Of a stretch of DNA of 64,000 bases, positions 53,692 to 64,000 are shown in pieces (position 1 is the stretch's first letter; each line of letters opens with the position of its first letter). The position numbers and the translations under genes were made by a program. Below the pieces are notes generated by a model. That model saw nothing but the letters and a program-made list of their open reading frames with translations, did not search any database and was not told the DNA's origin. Origin of the DNA: Eukaryota sp. GEM-RC1 (Eukaryota); NCBI GenBank assembly GCA_040285855.1, contig JAUFOQ010000016.1:434001-498000 (forward strand), in the 5' to 3' direction.

Positions 53692-54475
53692 TGAAACAGA
53701 AAAGTGTCGATATCAGTTACTCGTTTCGATAATCAAGATTGAAATGAATGGGCACGTCTACTCGTTAATGACCTGCCTCACTGCCATCCGTATCAAGCTC
53801 AAGCATATTGGTCGTAGTACAAACCTATTATTGTCCAACTCCAAGAGCTACATTTGCGACTCAAGTGACATTTTAGTGTCATACGCCATAGCAGTTTCAA
53901 TTGAATCTTATATTTACTCGAAAGCAAAGTTGTTGTGCCACAAATAATAGCAATAATTGTAATAGTCTATCATATACAATATCAAGACCGATACGGAAAA
54001 TTTGAGCTTTCCTAGCTGTGTAGGAATGAGCTTTCTGTTATAGTTTTCATTACGTCTTTTCATGTATTTCTATAAAAACCAATTGTAATAAATAACACAC
54101 CGAATTGGGTCGTCTATTGGAGACTTCAGTAGAACAATAAGTGTTTTTGGTAATGTTCAGGTGACCAAATGTGGAGTAAGTTTCTATTTCATCAAGGTAT
54201 CTTCAATAGAGAGCTTTTTTTCCGGACGTTGTTGTTAATAATGACACCGAGCTCACTTCATTAAGACAAAACGAGGTGTATGAATATGCATTGTAGATGG
54301 TCATTAAATTTTCAACCTCGTCGAGGTCTATTGGTTTCACCCAATAAACTCAAAGATTTCTAAAGAAATATATTCTCTTTGCAACACTTAAATGTACATG
54401 TATATGACATCCATAAACACAACAACTGTAGACAGGTTTCTTTTGTCTGTGTCTTCTTAAACACCATTAACTTCA

Positions 54476-56235
54476 ATGGCTACAACTCCCCCTCGCTTTG
54501 TTTCCTCTCCTTTTGTTACACATAGGAAGGTCTCCCGTCCCAAGATCAAAGTGGTATTCCCTTCAGAAAGGGGAGATCCTCATCGATCGAAACACTTCCC
54601 TCTTAGAAATACTTGGAAACAGAGTATGCTGATGATACTCGTCCAATGGTTGCCTGCCTAGTCAATGGTCTAGTTAATCCCCTTTCTGCCCATCTCTCCT
54701 TCTCCGCTAGCGTACAACCTGTCTTCTGCTTCACCAGCCTTGGTACCCGTATCTATCGAGCCACTCTCATGTTCCTTCTAGCCGCCGCTTCCCACACTCT
54801 TTTCCCCTCCCGACGTCTCATTGTCTCCCACTCTGTTGGAGAAGCTCTCTACTACTATTACCACGAGGACTCTGAAATCTCCTCCAATGACATTGACCTC
54901 CTTAATGAAAGGGTCACCTCTCTAGTTCTCAATGACTTCCCAATCGTCCAGGAGACTCTTTCCTTTATCAAGGCAGTGGATCTGTTCACTTCAATGAAAA
55001 GAGATCAAACTGTGGCTTTGCTCAATCATCTTAATGACCCTCTGATCAAAATCAATCGAATGGTTAATGTCGGGAGTCAGTCAGTGATTGATGGTGACTA
55101 TATTGACTTAGTTTACTTTGAAACCGTTCTTGCCTCTTCCACCGGGGTCTGCCAATCATTTTTGATTGAAAAGTACCGTGGGGGTCTACTTCTCCGTTTC
55201 CCTACCTCTGGAACCTTTTCTCTAGCTCCTTTCTTTGACAACCTTCACCTCTACAACGTCTACGAAGAGTACAACTTCTGGGGAAGGGTGCTGGGAGTTG
55301 ATTCAGTAGCTAGTCTTAATAGTAAGGCGATGGCCAATGATATCAAACATTTCATATTGGTATGTGAAGCTTTACACGATCAGAAGATTGGTAAAATAGC
55401 TGAGAACATCACTGAAAGGTTTGAAAATGGAGGAGGTCTAGTATTAATCTCTGGACCTAGTAGTAGTGGTAAGACTACCTGTAGTTTTAGATTGGAGATC
55501 GCTCTTAGAGCCAGGGGAAGACAAGTTGTTACCTTTAACTTGGATTCTTTCTATCTTCCTCGAGCTGAAACCCCCTTGGACGAGGAGGGTAACTACGACT
55601 ATGAGAGTGTCTATGCCCTTGATCTTCCCTTACTCAGGGATACTGTTAAGTCTATGATATCGGGAGCTGAGACCGCTATCCCTGATTTTGACTTTAAAAC
55701 TGGTTTGAGAGTGGAACGAAAGAGTGTTGTTGTTCTACCTAAGAATGGGGTTTTGTTAATGGAAGGTTTGCATGCTTTAAATCCTATTCTATTTGAGGGA
55801 TTAGAGTTTGAATTGTTAACCTACAAGATATTCATTTCCCCGTTGTCTCAACTTAATGTTGACGATAACAATAGAATTTCTACTTCTGATACAAGATTGT
55901 GTCGACGATTAGTCCGAGATTTTAAATTTAGAGGTAATGACGCTGAAACTACCTTTAAATTGTGGCCAAGAGTTGTCGCTGGAGAACATCAGTGGATATA
56001 CGCATTTCAAGACCAAGCAGACATCTTCTTCAACAGTGCTTTGGACTATGAGTTTTGTGTGATGAAAACATTTGCCTTACCCCTACTACATAGTATTAAA
56101 CCAACTTCTTTGTGGTATTCTGAAGCCAGAAGAATGATTAGCTTCTTGTCCGTATTTCATTCTATAAGTATGGAGTATATTCCTTTTACTAGTTTACTTC
56201 GAGAGTTTCTGGGATCCTCTTGGTTTGATTATTAG
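54476..56235 (+). CDS. Bacterial-type uridine/nucleoside kinase with N-terminal TGS/ThrRS-like region (two +1 breaks near 54570 and 54615)
   Basis: P-loop ISGPSSSGKTT, YDYESVYALDL, MEGLHALNP, RLCRRLVRDFKFRG, FNSALDYE, SLLREFLGSS. N-terminal VACLVNG and GTRIYRATLMFLL. Confidence 0.9.
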
Positions 56236-56390
56236 TAGTAGATAGTATAGAGTTACATGGATTGGTTTATACCAATAAACGTTGGGTAGAAAAGGAATAA
56301 TAAGAATGGTAACAAAAATGATTAACATTGGTAAGAAACAAATGCAAGAAAACATATCAAAGTGTGGGGAATATAGTGTATAAAGAAGAT

Positions 56391-56747
56391 TCATGAAGAT
56401 GCTAGCTTGTTGTTGTTCTTCTCATATGTCTCAAATGCAGGTTCAAGAGCGGCGCGAAATGATGTTATTCCTTTAACTAGCTCGTCCAAACTGCTGCTAA
56501 AGGCGCTTTCAGGCCCATAAACGTCTTCTTCGGCTGTTCTGAGACGAAGTTCCACTTGATGAAGATAAGGATGTGGAACTCTGTAACCAGCGAAAGTAAT
56601 ATGAGTGTCTTTCTCGAGGATATGAGTGTGAATGAGAGCACCTAGAGTATGGTCTTCTTCAAAGAGTGTGATTGTAGCAGCGTTATGTACTCGAGAGTCC
56701 ATTTTGAACTGCACTTTAGATGTGGGATCGTCATATTCAGAGGTCAT
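56391..56747 (-). CDS. RPB11: RNA polymerase II subunit RPB11
   Basis: DSRVHNAATITLFEEDHTLG and FAGYRVPHPY. The D..V.NA segment favours RPB11 over RPAC2. Confidence 0.85.
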   Translation of the reverse strand: MTSEYDDPTSKVQFKMDSRVHNAATITLFEEDHTLGALIHTHILEKDTHITFAGYRVPHPYLHQVELRLRTAEEDVYGPESAFSSSLDELVKGITSFRAALEPAFETYEKNNNKLASS

Positions 56748-57583
56748 TAGTTTTTAAAGGAGGATGTCTTGTTAAAAGGAGAGAAAAGTCTTCAACCAAC
56801 TCTCTGCATGTGGGCTGACTCGAAGTCTTTCCTTTTCTATACATCATGATCCTTGCTCAACAGTCATACTCATGACATGTAATATCATCCCTACTTTCAT
56901 ATCTTTCACTTTTGAACATTTCATGGACTTTTGATTCCTTGTATTGCATAACATCTCTCAATAGTTTCACAACTGAAATCAACATGTATCTTGGACGATG
57001 TGATGGGTTTTTGACTGGTTAATGTGTGCTTTGTTGTTTTCTTTGATCTGAAATATGTTCATCATCCCAATTGCCAACATTGTCTTGTCAAACTCAACAT
57101 TTCCATCTCTATTTCCTCCATAATTCGCTGTCTAGATTGTTTTGTATACTTGTTGTTTATAAAATAGCTGCTAGCCATATTCGCACTGTGTGCTTTGAAG
57201 TCTATCAAATACAACTTTCAACTGCTCTAAGTGCTAACTGCAACTGTGATTCTATATGAAACTTTATGATCTTCCTCCGATGGCATTTTTTGATTCAATG
57301 TTGTTGTAATTTATTGTCCATAAATCAGTTGTTTCAATAACCAGTGAATAGATTGCTTTTGAGGGGTTCTAGAACTCGACTTATTAGTAACACAGGGTGG
57401 GGCGAAACAAAGCGGCGATATAGTTAGGGTATCAAAACTACACATGAAAGAATACTAACAGCCTTTTCAATTCAGATTGGTATGAGTTTGGCAGGAATTC
57501 ACGAAGGATAGACCAGGATGATGACGAACAGAAAGGCAATCTGAACTTCAGATTCTGAAGAGATCGACCTCTCCCTCCTTTCC

Positions 57584-58416
57584 ATGCTTCTATTCATTGT
57601 TGGAACCCTGGCTACTGTTATCTGCTTTGTTGGCTATCTTAGCAATGTACAACCGAACATTGAGGTTCGAAAGGCTCGTAGGAAGGTGAACGAATATGGA
57701 AGGTACGGATCTAAACACTTCCCAACTTCAGCATCATTGTAGTCATACACTGGCACATGTTTAACGCTCTTGCTTACGGATTTCTGACTTTTGATGTCTT
57801 TGTTACAGCAACTGCAGGAGTTGGCCTCATAAGTTCCTTGTTCTATCTTCTGACGCTTCATACTTATGGCGCTGATGCCATATCTATGGAGTATACTCTC
57901 CTTAGTTTCTATTTGTTTGCTCTTTTCTTCTTCTGTGTCTACACTTTTCTCCTCCCAGCCGATTATGGATTCCTGAGTGTCCAGATACTGAACATCACCT
58001 CAAATCTAGCTTGTTCAGTGTTTCTTCTCCAGCCGATCGTTGTAAGTGTTCAAAAGAAGTTTAGTTTTCATCCTGTACAGTATACTTATGTAAACACTGC
58101 CAATGTTTTGCTATGGGCACTCTATGGATATCTCAAGGAAGACATTGTCTTGTTTTTTCCTTCGCTAGTGCAGGGAATTCTTAGATTGATTATGTGTTGG
58201 CAAATTTATTGTTATAGACATTCTGCAGCTGACGGTCGCCATGTCATTCCCACAATTGGATCTATGGCTAACATACAATATGACGTGTCAATGGATTTCG
58301 ATCGTGATGTGCCCGTTGTTGGACGTACAATATCTTCTCAAAGTTCGTTAATGGCGGAGGAGGCGGATTGCACTTTTGATTGTCGTTATATTGAGGACGA
58401 TGACGTTGACGTTTAG
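57584..58416 (+). CDS. SWEET/MtN3-family sugar transporter, exons 57584-57702 and 57732-58416
   Basis: Seven-TM pattern; second repeat FLLQPIV...NTANVLLWALYGYLKEDIVLFFP. TM1 is in another frame and is joined by a 29-nt GT-AG intron. Confidence 0.8.
57703..57731 (+). other. Predicted 29-nt spliceosomal intron
   Basis: GTACGGATCTAAACACTTCCCAACTTCAG. Removal restores the frame and the MtN3 spacing between YLS and YG. Confidence 0.75.
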
Positions 58417-59148
58417 ATAGGTAATGACTTTGTAAGCGTCAAGCCATACTTGTATAATATCTTTTTTAGCTTGAGCAGAACTTGGGAGACCACAAATGCA
58501 GATTGATTTTTTAAACATCAATTGTACACCTTTTATTTACATTACGTTTTGTGTTTTAATTTCCTAACAATGGGTGTGTTTATAAAGAAGCTGGTTTGTG
58601 TCGAGCTATTTTTAAACTGTTTAAATTAAACACCATGGGTGAGTAATCCTGTGTTGTAAATAAAAGTCTTAACACGTGTCACTCACAAACAGATGGACAA
58701 TCTGGTCTTCTCAATATTCAATATACTTATAGTTACACCAAATGACAAACGGACGGGTGACTCTCTGTATTCTGACTACTGGAAACAAGGACCAAACGAA
58801 AGTTCCAGTCCTCCTTATTAGGATTAGCTGAGAACTTTTTGTTTACATCATTTGCCCAACGTAAATGATGGGGCTGTAATAGTTGGTTTCAGTCAGCTGA
58901 GTATCAATTCTCACCTTACGGCAGATGATTAGATTCACTTTTGAACAAAGCTGTTCGGAAATCACCAGTGAATGACAGAACAAATGACATCTCCATTTCT
59001 AGTGAGACAGTGTTAGGTTTGTACTACGACCAATATGTTTGAGCTTGATACGGATGGCAGTGAGGATGGTCAATAACGAGTAGACGAGTCCATTCATTTC
59101 AAACTTGATTAGGGAATGTGTAACTGATATCGACACTTTTCTGCTTCA

Positions 59149-62100
59149 ATGTCTGAACCTCCACTGAAGCTCAGACGTTCCTCAGAAGATTCTCTGTCAG
59201 ATCATGATAGTTGTACTTGTATTTTTCCCTCAAACTCCTGTTCATCCTCCTCATTTCTCCATAACTCTAACTCTTGCTCCTATCATCTTCAGTTCCAACA
59301 GTCCCTGTTGACACTCATACTATCTCATTACCTTAGACGTCTCTCAAAGACTTCTTCTGAGTTCAATCACTGTAGACCTCGTCGTTCTCTCCGTCGTTTG
59401 ACATAACAACTACCATCATTCATCAAGAAAGTTGGCTACGTGAGTCAACGTTTCTTTCGGTCTTCGCTTCCAGCAGTTAAGCTACTCTTCCAATCAGACA
59501 CGTTTGTTGTAGTTCCTACAGATCTTCCTTTTCTATCTTCAATTGCTTCTTTCTTTGGAGGAGAGATACAATCTGTTTTCTTATGGGTTGACAAATTCTT
59601 TAAAGTTGAAGAAATTCTTGAGTCTACAGCAATTGTTTCTCGTGTAAACTATTGTGACTCTTATAAATCTGATTGTCATTCTGACTCTGATGAATCTGAC
59701 AGTGAATCAGATTTATCTGATGATGGTGATGATGATGATGGTGATGGTGATGGTGATTTCTTTTGCCATTACGACAGTCTTAACTACTTATTAGACCGTT
59801 CTTCTCCTCTTTTCTTTCCACTTCTGCGTCGTCTTGACATTTCCATTGGTAGTTCCGAAAAGAAATTTCCTTCTTTATGTAAGTCTTTATCAACTAACAC
59901 TACTGTAATAGAATTCAATGTTCAAGTCATTTCTCTTACTACTTCTGAAGCAGATTCCCTTACAGAACTGTTTTATTCCAATAAGAACTTAAAACAGTTT
60001 TCGTTAACTTGCAATTCTTATCTGGAAGGTGAAGATTGTGTTGTCTTATTTACTTCGCTTTCGAATAATAGATCACTGACTAAAATTGACTTATCTGGAT
60101 GTTCTATTGAAGCCCCAACAATTCTTTTACCGCTTCCAAACAGTTCTAGACTCAAAGGGATTGGGTTTCCTAGTGGTTGTTCTTTTGATTCTGCACGTTT
60201 TAATAGTTATCACAATAATTCATCTGTGACAGAACTATTTATTCCAATCTATCGTTACAATCCCAATGAGCTCACTTCAATTTTTAAATTTTTATTGTTC
60301 TTTGAAAGAGGTGAAGATCAGCATATTCAATGTTTCATTATCAACAATTTTTAAGTCTCTTGAAGCAAATTCTTCTGTATTAGAATTTGTTGTTTGTAAT
60401 ACTAATTGTTTATCACTCACTGAGAAAGAGACAAAGTCATTAACTGAATTGATACTAAACAATCAAACCTTACTTGTATGAAATCTTGAGCGTTTATATT
60501 TCAATTCGTTTCAGCTTAAAACCGTTTTAAAAGGACTGGAAAAAATTCAATTCTAAAGTTAGTTTGTTTTCGCACATTGACTATCCAATGTTTACTCTTA
60601 GTATTTGAAGCAATAATGACCAATCGGATTAATTCAAATATTCAAGTTCCTCCTCATTCTTTTGATTCTTCTCTCGGCTATTTTCGTTATGAAGCAAAGG
60701 TTGAAAACAGCGATTTAATTTCACTCTTAAGATCTTTAGAATCAAATGTACCACTTAAACGTTTTGATTGTCATGGATTGAAGTGTGTATCAGTTGAAGT
60801 GCTCATTACTGTATTTGAGATTCTTTCACTTAAAAAAAATAATTGTAGAGATCGACATTTCGCCCAATTATATCGACGTTCAAAACTCCGTGTTTTATGT
60901 TTGCTCAGAACTTGATTGCAGTACCAAAGTCACCACCAAAACAGTCTCATCTTTACAGTCTTTTATTGATAGTTTCTGTATTAAAACGTTTGCTCTTAAA
61001 CGCTGTTGTTGTACTCATGATGCATTCGTTTGTTTATGTGATTTAATCAGATTCAGTCCTTCTTTGACTTCTGTTGACTTCTCTTCCATTGAGTTATTTA
61101 AAAGAAATGAAGATACTTCCTTCAAAGCCAAAAATTACTGTTACACTCCACTGTCTGATGATGACGTCTCCAACATAATCAATGCTCTCCAATCAAACAC
61201 TCACTTAACAAACATTAATCTCGACAATTGTTCCATTGGATTCAGCAATCTGTTGACCATTTTTGACCTGATTTCGAGTGATAGTTTAACTCCAAATATT
61301 AAAGTTTTTCCTCATGCTTTTGATCATTCACAATGTGTAATTTTTTATGTCAGTAAGATCAACAATGACGAATTACTTCTACTTCTAACAGCTCTACAGA
61401 CAAATATTCCTGTTCAACGGGTTACACTGTCATTGACAATTAGTCTCATTAGGCAAATAGTCTCACTCATAAATTAGTCTTGGTGAGACTAATTTTCCTT
61501 AGCTGGTTTTAGTGGATCGAAACTTTTGATAAAGTTAATTCCTCCTTTTGCAGTTTTAAAGGAAGATTGAAAGAGATTAATGGACTAAAACACAATAAAA
61601 AGCAAGAAAAAGTAGTCTGTGCTGTTAGTGTTGTTGCAAAAATCCAGGCCAAAGTACATGATGCATATTGCTAAGGAAGTTGTTGACAACGTTAATGCAA
61701 GACAAGATGCTTCTGGTGTCACGTTTGTCCGAAAACCAAAATCATGATGCGTAGCGGATTAAATCTTCATGATGCAAGACTACGACCAATTTTTCAGTTA
61801 TAGCTGTAACTGCAAGAAAGTAATGGAAAGTATCACTCAAACTTTGACGGTCAAACACCCTCCTAATACAGCGTTTACCTGCAGTATTGAGGAGGGAATT
61901 TGGAAGTTGTTGCTGACTAACCCAATGCTGATGATGTTATAAATCTAGAATAGTTTTCTTTTACTTGGTTATCATAAAACTTTGTCAATAAAATTTGAAT
62001 TCGACCAAGACTAAATTAAATCATCAAGAATTAGTCTTGGTGAGACTAATTAAAATACAGTTCAATTAGTCTCACTCATATATTAGTCTTGGTGAGACTA

Positions 62101-62652
62101 ATTGATATGTGCACATGATTGAAAGTGTCTTAAGAATTAGTCTCACCAAGACTAATTGTCAATGACAGTGTAATTCTCGTGGACTGAAAAAACTGACTCT
62201 AAACGGACTTATTACTTTGTTTCCAAATTCTGTCATTTAACAAATCCGTAGTAGATTTTAATGTTGATCCTCATTTTATTGACGTTGACGTTGGTTTGTT
62301 CCGTTTTTCACCAATTCAAATTACTGCCATCGGTTTTAATTCAGGCCCCTGGCTACGTTCTCTTTTTAATTGTGATAGCCTGAAAGAACTGATATTCAAC
62401 AACTGCCGATTTCATATCTACGTAATCACTTATTTGTGTGACTTAATTAGCGATAGCAGTTCAATTACCCATTCAACACTCGAACAAATTGACCTTAGGT
62501 TTAATTCCATTGATAACAAAGGCGCTATTGCATTGGCAAACGCTTTGAGTGAAAATGCAGTTGTGACTGAAATGAATCTGTGTGGTAACTCTATTGACTC
62601 TGAAACCAAACAACTGATTAAGAAAATGTCAAATGACCGAATCAATGTTTAG
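59149..62652 (+). pseudogene. Lineage-specific RI-like LRR protein, copy 3 (disrupted)
   Basis: TAA at 59404-59406 where the paralogues have GAA, TGA at 60479-60481, several frameshifts and a transposon insertion at 61425-62170. Confidence 0.85.
61425..62170 (+). mobile_element. pogo-like (Tc1-mariner) deletion derivative, 746 bp, inserted in LRR copy 3
   Basis: 22-bp perfect TIR CACTGTCATTGACAATTAGTCT with TA TSD (61423-61424, 62171-62172). Repeated AATTAGTCTTGGTGAGACTAATT palindromes. Excision restores VQRVNSRGLKK. Confidence 0.93.
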
Positions 62653-62994
62653 AAACTATTTGATAGCACTGTTATTTATGTTTGTTTAACATTTGTTCAG
62701 TAAATATCATATTCACGGTATCATGGTAGTGATATTAAACAGTTCAGTTCATCCACTCCAAAAGCATTTATTTCACTGATTGATCATAAACCCCATTTTT
62801 GTTTTCACAGGATTATTGAACATTCTACTATTAGTTTTGGTTTAATTTCCAGATTTTCAACATTAGTTCATAAAACACAAATGTTATCACTACGTTTTTG
62901 ACATGGCCTTCTAACTCTTAATCCAACTACTGTATTTCAACAAACTCAAATAAGTAAAAAATCAATTTATATACAGTACTAGTACATCAAAAAC

Positions 62995-64000
62995 TCAATC
63001 CACTCTTTCCGCATAAGATTCGACTATTCTGCCACACTTACATTTTTGCTTTCCATTCATAAGAGCTACATTTCCATTAACAATGACATCAAAACCTTCA
63101 CTCATCTCAGTTGGGTTTGCAAAGTGAGCCCTCTGAGTAATACGTTCAGGACGAAAAACAAGAATATCAGCATAATATCCCTCACGAATATATCCACGAT
63201 CTTTAATCTTGTATGTATCAGCATTAAGACCAGTTGCCTTATAAATTGCTTCTTGAAGGGTTAGAACTTTACGCTGATAAACGTAATGATCTATAATCCT
63301 GGCAAATGAACCAAAAGAACGGGGATCTAGAGTAAAATGAAATGTGTTTTAGACATACGGTGTAAGAGAAATGCTCCATCAGAACAAAAACCAATTCTTG
63401 GATGCTGAATGAATAGATCCTGAACACTATCCTTCATTTCAAAAAGAGCATTGAGATAAGAGGCTTTGTGTTGAAGATCAATCATGACGTCAACATAGTC
63501 ATGTACTTTTGCAAAGATAAATCATCGATATTATCCCAGTATTCCTCATCTAAATACAACTGTTCGGCTTCTTCCAGGTTCTTGAGGAATACGCCGCGGT
63601 CTTTAGGATCGGATACGAGAAAGATATCGCCGGGTCCGAAAGTCTGTTCATCTTCATGTGACAATACAGTAGCGTTCAAAATGGAAGATCGTAGATGGAG
63701 ATAGCAAGTTTCGTCATGTATACAAGTAGTATTCAACATCTGAATAAGCCCTTGCCCATGATGGAAAGAAGTAGAACAAACCAGTAGCAGAAGCGGTCCA
63801 CGGATATACATCTGCCCACTGCAGTTAGAATAATTTACAGTTTGAACATACGGCAGAAGGAATTTCTGGATAGAGACGTGGTGCGTCAAAGATACGATCA
63901 ATTAATTCATGGGGAAGGGTCTGTGAACTAGCGAGACTCGAAGCAGCAATCTTAATATGTGTGTGAGAGAATGCACATTTGCCTGCACGGGCAATTTCAA
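62995..64000 (-). CDS. N-acyl-D-amino acid deacylase (D-aminoacylase, amidohydrolase superfamily), 5'-partial, two introns and two single-base breaks
   Basis: Manual translation: EIARAG...HTHIK, WADVYPWTASATGL..FFPSWA, GFCSDG, HPRSFGSFARIIDHYV..RKVLTLQEAIYKATGLNA...IKDRGYIREGYYADILVF, VIVNG. Stop TGA at 62997-62995. Confidence 0.88.
63327..63358 (-). other. Predicted 32-nt spliceosomal intron
   Basis: GTATGTCTAAAACACATTTCATTTTACTCTAG. Splicing creates C|AT CCC CGT, the conserved HPR motif. Confidence 0.88.
63819..63851 (-). other. Predicted 33-nt spliceosomal intron
   Basis: GTATGTTCAAACTGTAAATTATTCTAACTGCAG. Contains an in-frame TAA and a CTAAC branch point next to the CAG. Splicing gives PSA|WADVYP. 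Confidence 0.9.

Noticed and set aside
54554..54606. 53-nt GT-AG intron repairing the uridine kinase frame
   Set aside because: It would delete EILIDRNTSLLEIL, which looks like the conserved N-terminal segment of the family. Two single-base insertions fit better.
15998..63511. Programmed -1 frameshifting at A_AAG (candidate sites 15998-16003, 35999-36004, about 42940, 63506-63511)
   Set aside because: In-frame CAA AAG occurs without a shift in CstF64 (7968-7973) and inside the kinase domain (36325-36330). Loss of one A from an A run is a common long-read error.

Overview
AT-rich, intron-poor eukaryotic nuclear DNA from a protist, using the standard code (TAA, TAG and TGA all end conserved genes). 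A metamonad-like anaerobe is my inference only. Compact housekeeping genes are present: C1D, CstF64, PLK4, CCDC86/Cgr1, nicastrin, RPB11, a SWEET transporter, a RING protein and two BTB-SPRY genes. They sit among decayed transposons: hAT and pogo/Tc1 non-autonomous elements with visible TIRs and TSDs (one triple-nested), a Ty3/gypsy pol relic and repeated RLE non-LTR 3' fragments. There are three copies of a lineage-specific LRR family with a near-invariant N-terminus and variable repeat number. Best leads: (1) a eukaryotic Ser/Thr kinase fused to a bacterial-type histidine-kinase module (35912-38259); (2) 29-33 nt GT-AG introns whose removal restores conserved motifs in the SWEET gene and in a D-aminoacylase-like gene largely missed by the ORF track; (3) a 2A/StopGo motif (WIRDLSID-GDIELNPGP) heading an orphan reading frame; (4) several bacterial-type genes. 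Many genes also carry single-base frame breaks in homopolymers, most likely assembly errors.
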